The position numbers and the translations under genes are program-made. Below are positions 41,811 to 57,722 of a stretch of 64,000 nt of DNA, piece after piece (within the stretch, counting starts at the first letter, position 1; each line of letters starts with the position of its first letter). Origin of the DNA: the human T2T-CHM13v2.0 reference genome, Homo sapiens; the NCBI RefSeq assembly GCF_009914755.1, contig NC_060931.1. One strand, given 5' to 3'. The notes beneath the pieces are model-generated. The model made no database searches. It saw nothing but the letters and a program-made list of their open reading frames with translations, and was not told the DNA's origin.

Positions 41811-44800
41811 TACATCCATTTACTATTTATGTAACATATCTAAAGTGAAAAGAAAATTTTATAAATTAAATAAATATGCCTCATCTAAATCCTTTAGCAT
41901 TTCATTTGTTTGCCCTTTGAGAATTTTCAAAGGAGTTGGCAAATCTTGAACAATTTTTTTATGTAAAAATCTCTTAAAGGAAAAATATAATGGCTAGGCT
42001 CTGGAAGCTGGGGAAAGGGGCAAGAATTCAGTTAAATGTGTCAGAATCATATTAAACTACAGCCCACTACATGCTCCAATGGAAGTTACAGGCCTATCTC
42101 CCCCTGGCCCGTTCCTGAGTATCTTAACCCTGAAATAACTTTCAGTATTGAATGGCATGAAGAGGTGGTGATAGTAGTAGAAACAGAAAATATTTACTAC
42201 ATCCTTTTTTCTTCAATGGAGAAGTTATGACTCTCATGTATGAATATCCAAAGTAACTGTAATCACTGGATTAATGTGAACATTGCTTTCTTATACTAAT
42301 CTAGCACTGCAATGGCTACGCAGAGAAGTCATTATTTTACTTTTTTCAAAAAATAAAAAGGGGAAACATCACTATTGTTTTTATCTGTTTGGAAAAAAGT
42401 AAAAGGTAACACCAAAAAAGCGGAGGAATAGCAAAATAGCGTGTATTACAAACCCAAGCTTCAGATGGAAGAGGTCAACTGTTCCTCTGCCTGTCCTCCC
42501 CAATCACTGTCAGGTTCTCTCTTTGGCCGTGCATGACAGAGGACCCAGTGACTCAGTAGATACACATACTTTTCTCTTCTACCCCTGAGTCTGGCTACTC
42601 TACGATGATTCAGAGTGATGTTCTTGTCATCAGCTCACGCTATATGTGATGAAGACACCGTTATGCACCTCATTTCTGTGATTTTCAAGTCTCACTTCTA
42701 TGGACCATGTCAACATCAAGATCTCTTCAACACTGCAAAGCAAAAACCTAAGTCATCTCTGACTCATCTCTGCCCCTTCCTCAGCATATTCGATCCTGTG
42801 CTTTTCCTGCTGCAGGTTTCATCAAATCATTTCAAAACCCATTTTTTCTTTGCCATCATGTTATATACCTTTCCACTTCTCCCTGGATAACTATATCAGT
42901 GCACACCTTCCCTGTTCTCGCATGGCAGCCATAAGATCTTCTGTGTTTCATCTAAGCTCCAAAAAATGTGATCCTATGTTTCTCAGTCCCTGCTTCCCAT
43001 CAGGCAGAGATAAAACCCTAGTCCTTGCCCTTCTCCAGCCTGTCCCACTTACCCCATGTGACTTTGCTCCAGCAATATCCGCTCACCTTTACCTCACAGA
43101 CTACTGTGTTCATTCCCACCTGAGAACACAGCTCCATAAATTTAAGGTATCTGTAGTGAACCAGCCTACCCAGCCATCCCTTGCCACTGAAAGCCCTACT
43201 AAATTCATCAGGAGGAAGATGATTCTTATCCATGTTCCTGGCCCACCCTGTGTAGACCTGGGACAGCCATAGTCACGGTCCTTTGTTCCACCCTTGACTA
43301 CATTTGTGATGCAAAGGTAGTATTAGACCACTTCTGTATTAGCCTATTTTATGCTAAGGTCTGTTGATAGTCTATATAATCTTTAGCTCTGTTCTTGTAT
43401 CATCTTAGAGGATAGGGGCCATGTCTGGTTCTCTCTGAACAGCCCTCATCCAGCACTAGTTTCTTCTTTAGGAAGAACACCAAAATTAAAGGACAATGCA
43501 AATGCATACCTAGCATCCCAACTGAATTACACAAAGGAACATGACTGAAATATAGTAACTCATAAAGACAACCTCCATGTGGTGAGGTACAAGACTTGGT
43601 CATTCAAATACAAGCTTTTGTTTCTCAAAGCATAAAAGTATCATAAATATTTTGCTGGGATGCTTCTGCGTTTCTCTCTTAACCTCATGACATGTTTTTT
43701 TTCTTCTTCCTTCTTCCTTTTTTTTTGGTGTTTTCTTGTTGTTGTTGCCTTTTTTGTAGAACAGAAAACCTTGCTTAGCATCTGGTTCACAGCCTTAATC
43801 ACAGGGAGAAATGGCTGAGCTGGATGCAGGATGTCTTTCTGGGGGTTTTGAAGGCTGCACCTACATTTCTAGGGTTGGCTCCTGTGGTGGCTGGGCCACA
43901 TGAAGTTCCTTAGCTCTAGTGTTTCAGAAGTCTACAAAGTCCCCCTGAGACAGATGATTCCTGTGGAATCTTAGAACAGTTATTTTTAACTTTTTTTGGT
44001 CACAAACTCTTTTGAGAATCTAAGAAATGATATAATAACTCTCAAAAAATTAACAAATGTAGATAGCCCACATTTTTGTATACAGTTTTAGGGGTCCACA
44101 GTTCATCTGAAGTCTGTGATAGAATGATAGGATAAGAACATCTGTGTGTGCCCTTTTCAGTTGTCCTGGGGTTCAGGTGGAGGATGGAGGGAGGAAGGGA
44201 AAGTTAGGAGGAAAAGGGCAAAGGAGGAAGAGGGAAAGAGAAGAGTTCTAGTGGGAAGGAGAAGGAGAGAGGGGAAGCAGGAGGCAGAGGGAGAAAAAAG
44301 GAGAAAAACTCTAATAAATTAGGAGGGAGTTTCCACTTAACTGTGTGTCATCACTCTTTTTCCAGGCTTAGAAGCAATTGCAGAAGAACTGTATTTAATC
44401 TAAGTACAATTGGACAGTGAGAGCTGAATCACTGGCTTTCCCAGGTATAATGAAATATTAATTCCCCATCTATCACTGAACACAAGGACTCCTAGTTTTG
44501 CTTAAGCTATTATCACCATGCAGCAGATAAAGAATATAAAATGTAATGTATATAGCTGTCTATACATGCTACATATTTATGTGTTGCCTAAAAATAACCA
44601 TCCTTCTCCATCAGGGTGGTTATCTGCTCTAACAGAGCACTTGGGTTTGGAAGGAATACTTGTGGATTGATTCCCCCACCCTACAGATCGCCACCTTAAG
44701 GGGGATGCAAACTGGGGTTCACATGAATAAAATAATTCTGTTCCCAAACATCTGCCCATCCACACAACTCAGAAAAATAGATCCAGACAAAGCTTTGCTG

Positions 44801-45109
44801 AACAAGTTCCCCATCCACTCATCCACACTGCCTCACTCTGATTTCACACATCTTAAATGAGTAGTATCCCGTGTTTGTTGTCTTGCTTTTGCTGGCCTAG
44901 GAAAGTGACTTTTACTCAGATAAGACACTGGTACTTCAAAAAAGCTGAACTGTGGATCAGAAACCCTTTGTAAAATATATCTGACCCACTGTACCTGTTC
45001 TCAGCAAATTACCAGCACGGCCTGTCACAGCCTAAGAGCTATAAATAGAACAAAGCCCCAGCTGGGGGAACTGAATGGTGAATGCTTTGGCCTCACAATT
45101 AAAGGGCAT

Positions 45110-45718
45110 CTCATGCCATTTAGAATGGTGATCATTAAAAAGTCTGGAAACAACAGATGCTGGCGAGGATGCGGAGAAACAGGAACACTTTTACACTGTT
45201 GGTGGGAGTGTAAATTAGTTCAACCATTGTGGAAGACAGTGTGGCGATTCCTTAAGGATCTAGAACCAGAAATACCATTTGACCCAGCAATCCCATTACT
45301 GGGTATATACCCAAAGGATTATAAATCATGCTGCTATAAAGACACATGCACGCGTATGTTTATTGCAGCACTATTTACAATAGAAAAGACTTGGAACCAA
45401 CCCAAATGCCCACCAATGATAGACTGGATAAAGAAAATGTAACACATATACACCATGGAATACTATACAGCCATAAAAAAGAATGAGTGCATGTCCTTTG
45501 CAGGGGCATGGATGACACTGGAAACCATCATCCTCAGCAAACTAACACAGGAACAGAACAGGACCCGCATGTTCTCACTCCTAAGTGGGAGTTGAACAAT
45601 GAGAACACATAGACACAGGGAGGGGAACATCACACACCAGGGCCTGTCGGTGGGTAGCGGGCAAGGGGAGGGACAGCATTAGGACAAATCCCTACATGAT
45701 GGGTTGATAGGTGCAGCC
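45110..45718 (+). mobile_element. L1PA fragment: ORF2 C-terminal cysteine-rich domain plus part of the 3' UTR
   Basis: Track ORF 45113..45442 translates to [43 protein letters not shown], the L1 ORF2p C-terminus, with a premature stop. Both ends are truncated. Confidence 0.95.
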
Positions 45719-45940
45719 ACCTTCAAAAGATGCTGCCATATGTACAGTGGTATAAGAACAAGAGGTGAACACCAACACCAAGAAGGTCAAGTTAGTGAGT
45801 ATTCCTCACCATGTCATCCTCCTGTAAAGAAGAAGGCATATGCTGGACTGGGAATAGGAAATAGAGTTTTTAAAATTTAAAGTACTAAAATAGCTGGCTA
45901 TCCCTCTAGGAAAACAAAACATAGAAAATTAAATTTAAAC

Positions 45941-46580
45941 CTGGGCATGGTGGCTCATGCCTATAATCCTAGCACTTGGGGACGCTGTGGAGGAAAGACC
46001 ACTTCAGCCCAGGAGTTCAAAACCAGCCTGGGCAACATAGTGAGACCCCCATTTCTACAAAAAAATAAAAATAAAAAAATTAGCCAGGTGTAGTGGCACA
46101 TGCCTGTAGTCCCAGCAACTTGGGAGGCTGAGGCTGAATGACTACATGAGAGCCCAGGAGGTCAAGGCTACAGTGAGCTGAGATCATACCACTGAACTCT
46201 AGCCTGGATGACAGAGCAAGACCCTGTCTAAAAAAGAAAGAAGGAAAGAAGGGAGTGAGGAAGGAAGGAAAGGGAGGAAGGAAAGAAAATAAAGAAAGAA
46301 GGAAGGAAGGGAGGGAACGGAACGGAACAGAACGGAAAGGAAAGGAAAGGAAAGGAGGAAGGAAGGAAGGAAGGAAGGAAGGGTGGGAGGGGAAGGGAGG
46401 CAGGGAGGGAGCGAGAGGGAGGGAAAGAGGAAGGGAGAGAGAAAAAGAAGAAAGAAAAGAGAGAAGGAAGGGAGGGAAGGAGGGAAGGAAGGGAAGGGAA
46501 GGGAAGCAAGGGAGGGAGGGGAAAGGAAGGAGGAAGGGAGAGAGAAAAAGAAAAGAAGAAAAGAAAAGAAAAGAAAATTA
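45941..46580 (+). mobile_element. AluJ followed by a roughly 350-bp polypurine (GGAA/GAGG/GAAAA) tract
   Basis: Alu to about 46230, then low-complexity purine sequence. Confidence 0.9.
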
Positions 46581-47232
46581 CACTTAAAAGATATATATGC
46601 CTTGGAGAGTTTGGAACAAGATACAGCTTTTACCAATTAAGGGCTGTAGAGTAATGGTCAAAACATCTTAACATCTCTAAGGCCAGAAAAACTAGACCTT
46701 CAACAAATACCACACTCATGGCATTGATGATGGGCATGAAAGGGTAATCAACAAGAAAGTCTAGGAATGTCCACTAAGATCTGGGGTGGGGGACATGGGG
46801 TCAATAGAACATGATGGAATTGGGTTAAGAGGATGCCCAAGAAGCTTCTATAGAGGAATAGTTCTTTCTCAGAAAAAAAAAAAAATGGCATGACCCCTTG
46901 AAACAAGGGACTTACTGTACTGGTAGGAATGACCAGCCAGATAGGCCGGCCTGATTTGCAAAAGGCTGCTCTGCTGCTGAAGCCATAGGGTGAAAGAGAG
47001 TAATGACCATCCTTCAGTTATAGCAAGTTCCAAGGGAACCTGGGCAGTGTAGAGAAATGGGTCCTGGGCCTCTTTGCTTTTCCCCACAGCCCAAGCACAA
47101 GGCCGTACACACTGTAGGTATCTCACTAATAAGGGTGCTGACACCCTCTTTAATATAATACACACTCCACACCCTCAAGAGCTCAGAACCAAAGGCGCTA
47201 AGGTCCAGGTCTTCCTCCTCCTCTGAGTTTAC

Positions 47233-47446
47233 CGTCATTGAAGCTGTCACTGGTAATGTGGGTGAAGGGCGACTGGGCCCGAGGCTCCTCGCACAGGGAG
47301 TAGCTGTGCTCAGCCTGGATGAGAGGCGCCGGGGACGTCGGGGAAGGTTCCACCTCCATTGACACACTCTTCTCTGAGAGGAAAGGATCATTCAGGAGCT
47401 GACCCAAGACGTTCTGGGAAAACTCATCCAGAAGTTCTGAGAAGTG
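47233..47446 (-). CDS. CREB3L2: CREB3L2 exon 2 (214 nt): HFSELLDEFS...PFTHITSDSFND, N-terminal transactivation region
   Basis: Acceptor tttcttgtag|CAC, donor GACG|gtaaac, phase 0 to 1. Overlaps track ORF 47198..47407. Confidence 0.96.
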
Positions 47447-47564
47447 CTACAAGAAACAAAGGAGGAAGAACTCAGTTTCTCTTAACCATAATGTGACAGA
47501 TACCCTACGCACATACCAAATACCTCATCCACTGCTCGATATGAAGTCCCTTCTACACACACAA

Positions 47565-48045
47565 TGTCCAGTTAGCTCGTGCTGTGTAGCAAACCACCCC
47601 AATGTTTAGTGGCTGAAGGTAACCATAATATTAATATATTACTTCTCCCTCCTCCGTGGGTTGGGCTGGGTGGGTGAGCTGATTTCATCTGTGTTCCCTG
47701 ACACAGCACATTAGTGGGAAGGCTGGCTGGGAGTGTGCTGGGCTGGGACCCCTGGACACTTGGGCCTCTTTCTCAAAAGGAAAGATCAGGCCGGGCTTCC
47801 TCCCATGATGGCAGAAATCTTCCATGAGGGAGAAAAACCAAAGCTGAGTGGCCCCAGACATCACGCATCATTACACCCTCCACATTCTTTTGGTCAAGGC
47901 AAGGGACAAGACCAGCTCACACCCATGGGGCGGGAAAACAGACTCCACTGCTTGATGAGAGGAATGGCAGAGTCACAATGCAGACGAGTGTGGACAGTGC
48001 GGGGGGCATGATTCACTGGGGGTCCTTGCTATCATGACCTACCAC
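47565..48045 (-). mobile_element. Old MLT1 (J/K/L-like) MaLR LTR
   Basis: Starts cagttagctcgtgctgtgtagcaaaccaccccaatgtttagtggct, the typical reverse-complement end of these LTRs. Confidence 0.6.
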
Positions 48046-48397
48046 ATTTTGCACTGATAATATGTTTAAATAAGCAATCCTCTGTTTCTATAGCACAAAG
48101 GTGCAGTTTACACTAAGGTGCCATGCTCAAAAACATTAGAGGTGGCTTCTCTCTAGTCTCCCCATGGGCTAGACTTTGTTCCTCTCTGGTTTTTCCTTAA
48201 TATGCTCCCATCCTTCATCTCTAATACCATGAACTTTCCAGCCCCCACCATGCTTTGGACATAATATAGGACTAGCCCATATAAATTCCCCGGGATTCCC
48301 ATATCCCCTGTGACACTGTACCACTCTAAAGGAGCTGCAGCCCCATCCACTCTCCCTCCTTGATAGGTCTATATTCATGGTATGAGGATCTTCAGAG

Positions 48398-48619
48398 CAG
48401 GGTTTCTCAACCTGGCACTAATAACATTTTGGACTGGATAATTCGTTGCGAAGGGCAGGGGTGGGGCATTGTTTTGTGCATTGTAGGATATTTAGCAGCA
48501 TTCCCGGCCTCCACCCACTAGATGCCGGTAGCACTCCCCCAGTTGTGAAACCAAAAATATTTCCAGACACTGCCCAAATGTCTGTAGGTGAAAAAGTCAC
48601 CCCTGGTTTAGAATCACTG
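48398..48619. mobile_element. MER20 (hAT-Charlie MITE)
   Basis: Contains cagggtttctcaacct...gtgcattgtaggatatttagcagcattcccggcctccacccactagatgcc...gaatcactg. Confidence 0.88.
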
Positions 48620-48660
48620 CTATTGACTATATTAGAAATAATAATAATAATATAAAATAG

Positions 48661-49276
<616 letters not shown>

Positions 49277-49935
49277 AATAAAATGAAATTTTAAAGCCCA
49301 CTTTGGCACTAGCTATTAGAGATTTCTGCCTTCTTAACATTCTCTGAATCACAGACCAATGGGTGTCATCCTTACTGATTAAACTTTAGGGACACTTCTA
49401 GTATAGAAAGGAAGTTAAGAAAGCAGACACAGCAATAAGAGAACGATGGCAAATAATGAGGCTTGGGGTAAGCAATACAATTCTTGGGATTCACTTGGAC
49501 ACCTAAGTCCCACCACCAAACTGAAGTGTCAATGAAGGCGTTATGAAAATGAACACCAGAAGGGAAGGTGGGAGATGTCCCTAGAGCTGGCGCTCTAAGA
49601 TCAGGGTAGTTGTAGAACAGGATGCTTCCTTTAATAAAGAAGAAAAGCGAACAGCAGAGAGGAAGCTTCTGCAGGCTCAGTCCCTAAAGAGTTAGAACGG
49701 TGAAATTCACTGACATCACAAACACGGGACATGGCATTTCATCAGGACAGAATGCAGGGAAGCTACAGGACTTGGGCATGTCCTATAGGCATGATTGTCT
49801 ATGAGAACAAGAGACAGGGTCAGGGAGAGAGCTCTCTGAGTACAAATACATTTCAAACTGGAAGGTCCTTAGGAGTATTTAAGGCCACATGCCAACTGCC
49901 TGCATCACAATTACCAGGGAAGTTTGGGTTAGTCA

Positions 49936-51065
<1,130 letters not shown>

Positions 51066-51529
51066 TCATCCCTCTCAAAGTTAACCATTAGCCAGACTTG
51101 GTGTTTATCTTTCCCATCCAGGTCTTTATCCTTTTACTACATATGCATGTATCCATTACACATAGGATTCTTTAAAACGTTAAGTAAATGGTACCATATC
51201 TCATATTTCCTCTGCAATTTTCTTTTATCAAAAACATTTTTTTAGATTTATTCATGTTTATACACGTAGCCCTGTTTCATTGATTTAAACATCTGAATTC
51301 TATTCCATTGTATTTATCCATTTCCTCTTGAGGAACCCTCACATTTTTATTGTATGTAACATTGTAAAAAAAATTCCTTAACATAAAGAGAACTTTAAAA
51401 AACACAAAAGTTTTGTTTTCAGAATGTGGTTTAAAGGCATAAATAAATAAAAACATACAAATTTGATGATCCACCCTCAGAGACTTTGACTTAGGAAGTT
51501 AAAGACGTCTATATTAAAACTACCACCTA

Positions 51530-51682
51530 GGCCGGGCGCAGTGGCTCACACCTGTAATCCCCACACTTTGGGAGGCAGAGGTAGGCAAATGGCTTGAGCC
51601 TAGGAGTTCAAGGCCAGCCTGGGCAACATGGCAAGACCCCATCTCTACAAAAAATAAACAACAACAACAACAACAACAAAAA
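51530..51682 (+). mobile_element. Alu left monomer (FLAM-like) with a (CAA)n tail
   Basis: Single Alu arm only. Confidence 0.85.
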
Positions 51683-51949
51683 ACTCACACCACCAGTCCT
51701 TCTATGCTCACCTCAGTTTCTCAATCACTGGCTCCATTTCCACTCAACAGTCCTCTCCCTACGCCACTTTACAGTTAAGTCCCTAGAAGCTTACAAAGTT
51801 CCTACAAGTTCAAATATGCCCAAGGTAAGAGGAAGATTCAAGGATTTTGCAGCTACTGTGTGTTAAACTTCAGACAGACGCTGGGGATACAAAATAATAA
51901 ATAAGAAACTAGAAAATGCCCATGCCCTGCCAGAGTTTACCACTTAGGT

Positions 51950-52100
51950 CAGTGCTCAAAGTTTTATGTGCAGATAAATTACCTGGGGCTCCTAAGCCGT
52001 CGCTTCTGACTCACAGGTCTAAGCAGGCCCGAGATTCTGCATTTTTCATCAGCTCCCAGGTAACGCTGTGACTCCACAGACCACACTCTGGGCAGCAAGG
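51950..52100. mobile_element. MER5A-like MITE
   Basis: Contains gcccgagattctgcattttt...agctcccaggt...agaccacactctg. Confidence 0.65.
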
Positions 52101-55100
52101 AGCAGAACAGTGGCAAGGCTAAGATTAGAACCAGACTTCCTGATTATACAACAATCTAAGTCAGCATCTGATTGCTTAAGTAGCTCCCCAAGGACAAATT
52201 TCCTGGTTGCCTGATGGTGACTATTCTACAACTGTTTGACAGAGATCCTTTGAAGACAAAACTAAGTTAACAAAAAGAGAAATAAATAACAGAATGTAAC
52301 ACGCAAATGCAAGAGGTAAACCCACAGTCCCTGCATTTCCAAGCCACAGTTTTGTTCCCTGAACTACAAGGTCAAGTCCCGATCTGCTGTGCTGGCCACT
52401 AAAGCTCTGGAATCCCATTCTATCCCGAGGCAACGCTCTCTTTGATTGGCCAGGCTTTCCTATGGAAGTTGCCCAGGTTGGCGCGCTCTGCTGACACTCT
52501 GTTTTCTTTCTTCTGAGCAGCACTAATGAATGTTTTCATGAACATCCCCTGGATAACCAATAATAAACGTTCTCTAACTCTGCTAACTTTCCCTGAACTC
52601 CCCCTACTTTGGATTATGCAGTAATTCTCATGTTACAAACCATTCAGCACTAACGATAGACAGTTTTGAAGCATTCACAGTTGTTATCAAGTTTATTATC
52701 ATAACCTCCCCTCTGGAAAAGGATCCTCCTCAGAAGTCTAACTGTGCCTAAACACCCACCCACACCCAAGAATTTAGCAAGGTGGTGAGCTCTCAGTAGG
52801 TTCAGGGAGATCCTTGTGATGGAAAAGAAACCGGTTCCAACCAGATGCTATGACTCAGCCCAGCAAATTAGCTCCAGCTGGGTGTCCTTGGCAGTGGTGG
52901 GCTCCAAGACTCAGCAGACAGGTCAACATCCCATTGCTGGTGCCAGGATCGGGCCAGAGTGGGCCCATCTTTAATGCCAGCCAGTTGGAAAGGGGCCTTA
53001 TGGTCCTGAAGGCCAAAAACCAGAGAAAGGAGCAAAGTGAGCCTCGAGGAGGAAGCCTTTCTGGATACTGCAAACGCTTTAGCGAAGTACTGCTCATGTG
53101 AACCCAAGGGTTATGGGATTTTAGTTTAATTCCTTCAAAGGCAATGGCATAATAACATTTTAGCATTCTAATATTTGAATCAAACTTTATGAGTTTACAA
53201 AATAATTTCATAACCTTTTTCTCACTCAATACTCACGACAATCCTGTAAATTGGCTTTTAGTCCATTGTCCAAGATCTCTGTCCCCTACTGAGAGACCTT
53301 GAGCTAGGGTACTCATGTCAAATTGACTGAATTTTTTTTCCTTATTGTTTCTCCTAGGAAAGAGATATTTAAGCCTCACAATACAACTGTATGGAGAGGT
53401 TCTAACAAGTGTAAAACCATGACGGTGATGATCATGGATAATGATGTTGTCAGGATTAGGTGCTAGACTTGTGTGATGGACTAAGTACTTGACATACTCG
53501 ATTTTCAGAAAATGAAAACATGTCCCCATTTACAGATCAGAAAACTGGGGCTCAGGATAATTAGCTATTTTGCCCTGAGATGCACAGCTGATGAAAGGTG
53601 AAACTGATATTCTAGCCCATGTTCAGCCAGTTCCAAATCACAGGCACTTTCTACAGCATGCTCCCTCATTTGTGTCAGCCTCTAAAGCTAGATAAAGATA
53701 GGCTCACAGACGGTCATCCGCTATGAACACATGGTCTCCTGCACTAAACCTGTAGAAACATGCCAAGAGTTTGTTAGAAGGAGAGGCTCCTGGTATCACT
53801 TGCTGTGATACATCAGCAATAAGGATGGAGATACTTATTCGGCCTTAATGCATGTTTCTGCCAAAGGATTCAAGCAACATCACAGAATCTCTCAGTTGGA
53901 AGAAACCTCCTAATAGGATTGAACCCCTGCCTCACAACATAAATGTTCTTCACCCAGTTCAGAGAATACACATGGCAACTTCCCTTAAAAATTTGTGTCA
54001 AGTTTTATCTCCCCATTATCTTAAGATTCTGAATTAAACATCCTGCAACTATCCCATAAAGTTTTGTCTCCCTTTATTCTTATAAACACAACACCTTCAT
54101 TGCAATCCTAATGGTCACAGTATGGCATTGTGGCAATGTAGCTTTGGAGTCAGTCAGCCCTAAATTTGAATCCTGGCTGTGCAAGCCTGAGGAAGATATG
54201 TCCATACTCCAAACCTTGGTTTATGAGGTTAACAATAATGCCGGCAAAGTGAAGTTAACAATAGTTCCGGCCTTGTGTCATGAGAATTAAACTAAATAAT
54301 GCACGTAATACACCTAACACTTCACTGCATAGCAATCTTTTAAAAAGCTCTTTTAAAAAACTAACATAATTAAAACAATAAAATGTTGGCATTTTCTACT
54401 TGCACACCAGCTTCTCGCATTGTTCTTCCTAGAATATGCTTTCATTTTCATCTTTACCAAACAGGAAACTACCTAAGACAGAACAAATGTACTTCTTTTA
54501 GAAAGTCATCCCTAGACAGATACACCTTGAATTGATCTCTCATTTCCCTAAACAAGTAAAGCCCTTTAAGTATCTCTTAATTTGACACATTTTTCCTTTT
54601 CTTTGATGTTCCTTTCATTGCCAAGTTACTTAAATATCTTATCACTAGGCCTTCCAAACTCTATGGCCCAGATGTAAACCGTTTACCCACCCCTCTCTCT
54701 GGACCTAGCCCAGATCAGAGATCATAGATCGTAGATAGTTGCTGCATTCAACAACTATCTCATTTGCATCTATTATCATTCTATAACATCCTAACGAAAT
54801 AGAAGATAAATCCAAATTAGGGCTAGATCTCCCAACAGTTATAAATAAGTGCCTTCAAACATTTAAAATGTATATCCAAATTTACAAATCAGATAAATTA
54901 GGAGAAATTTTTATCCTTATAAGAATTACTTATTTTATAAAAAATTACCTCGGCTCTGAAGCATTTACGCTTTGAGTTTTCAGGTCACTAATGAACTGCC
55001 AAAGTAGCTTGCAAGGAAGGAGTGGTTTATGATCTGGGCCACTTCCTGCTGCTAACAACTGCCCTAAGATCGGAGGTCACGAGGGTGAGGAAAGGGGAAC

Positions 55101-57084
55101 AAAGTGGGAGGAAAAGGAAGGATTCATAATTCTTTAGTTCAAATAACTGGCTGCATAAAGCTACCGACCTGTCTTCCGTACAGTACTCTCCACTGAGGTT
55201 CGCCCACTCAACAAATACAGTGGGAGCATGGGCAGAAAGATGAATAAAGGTCAGTCTTATAAAGACAGAGTTATCCCAAGGTGCAAAATGAGTTAGCCAG
55301 AATGTATGTCCTGTGCCCCATCATCCAGAGAACTTGCAGAGCGTGTTCTAAAGCAGTTGTGCCATCCCATAGTCAGCCCAACAGGCCTCTTTTGTGCACA
55401 GGCTAACAGAAGAGTGCTGCACCAGACCAGTTAGGGACAGGAGTTCTCTAGTCCCAGCCTTGCACTTCAGTGGTGGTCAGTCTGCCTCTTCTAGACTCAG
55501 TTTCCTTACCTGTAAACCTCTGTGTGTGTGCGTGTGTGCATGTGAGTGTGTGAGTGCTATGTGTACTGGGGATGAGGGTAGGCTTTAAACCTGATCAGTA
55601 GTTTGTCACCTTTTTTCACCTTTTTTAAATTCTTAGACCCTTTTGGGAATCTAATGAATGCTCCTGCCTGACAACCTAATGCTCCTTTTGGGAATCTAAT
55701 GACAGTCCTGCCTGAGAAATGCTCACAGCCACAAACACACAAACACAGCCCAGCATTTCAGGAGGCTGACCCGCCCCTGAAGTCTGTCTGCAGACGGCAG
55801 GGGGATTCCATGGATCCCGGGCTAAACCCTGCCAGCAGAGAAAGTAGTAATAACACAGGGATATTTATAAGTCATTGCTAACAACCTATTCAGCTCTACT
55901 ACCCTATCATTTTCTAAAATGTTGCAGGCAACATAAAATGGAGCTACGAAGGTTTTTCAACTTGGGAAAAGGAGGACAGAGAACACCCTCTTTCTGCCTC
56001 CCGGGTTTGTTTAGATTTGCCCCTGTAATGCCAGCCCATGGGCAGTGAAGCAGGTGGCCACGGCAGGTAATAGGATTCAGAAAGCAGAACCTGGGCTGGC
56101 AACAAGAGGCCCAAGGCCTGCCGGGGCTCCTTCTGAGCTCCCCAAGCATTCAATTCCCAGCCCTGCCCTCTGGGAAACAGGGAAGCTTTGCAGCCAGTCT
56201 CTGGCTGAAAAGATAGTTCTCCGGCAGGCAGGAGAAGAAGCCTCTGTACTTAAAAATCGTGGCTAGGAGCCTTACCTAGAGCACAGAATGCCTCCCAAAG
56301 ACTGGAGCCATAGAAGAAGGGAGTGTGGCAAGAGCAAGCTGATCCTCTCCATAAATGATTCAGAGGACACAGCTCAAATTCACATTAGAAACCAAGGCCT
56401 CCTTCCAGCAAAACATAGTTTGACTGTATTGCTCAGGCAGGGAGGAGCTGCCCTGGGCTCCTGGCATCCCCTAGGCCACCCTCCCTCCTCCCCTTGCAGG
56501 GAGAGAAGGGACCTGCCTTCAAAACCAGTGCACCTTAGACCTGAGTGGCTCTCACACAAGTACCCTGCACACAACACACAGAAAAGGGCCAGATGCCAAC
56601 CATGAGGAAAAAGGTGACCTTGTCAAAGTCCCAAGAAAAAAAAATGGCTCACAAGTCAAACTCCATTACAGTGAAATTTCAAGGATACCCAATTCTTTTC
56701 TAGTACAAAAATGTAGGCCCATTACATATTTCTTTAATTTTTAAAAAATGGGGGCTGAGCTTCGAACTCTTTATTACACCAGAGTTTTGGAGATTTGTGG
56801 TGGGGGTTATTTTGGGGAGGGTGTTTTGTTCTGAAGTGATATTTGCTTTACTGAAATTTCACTAGCAGTAACAAAAGCTGTGTTTTAAAGAGGCTTATTA
56901 CCAAAAAAAAAAAAAAATTAAATAAATAAATATATGTACACCTTGCTTGGTAGTATCCAGATGAACCTTTTTTTTTTGTAAATGAAGTATGTGAAATAGA
57001 TTAAGCAATAAAGGCATTGAGAGATGATATTTAAAGGAAACCTATTATAAATCCATTGGTAGGGTATATTCAATATTTTGTAAA

Positions 57085-57722
<638 letters not shown>

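Noticed and set aside
45113-45442. 109-aa ORF with a Cys/His motif
   Set aside because: It is a fragment of L1 ORF2p in a truncated, stop-containing element, not a host gene.
46199-46640. Several 85-145 aa ORFs
   Set aside because: Same artefact, over the second polypurine tract.
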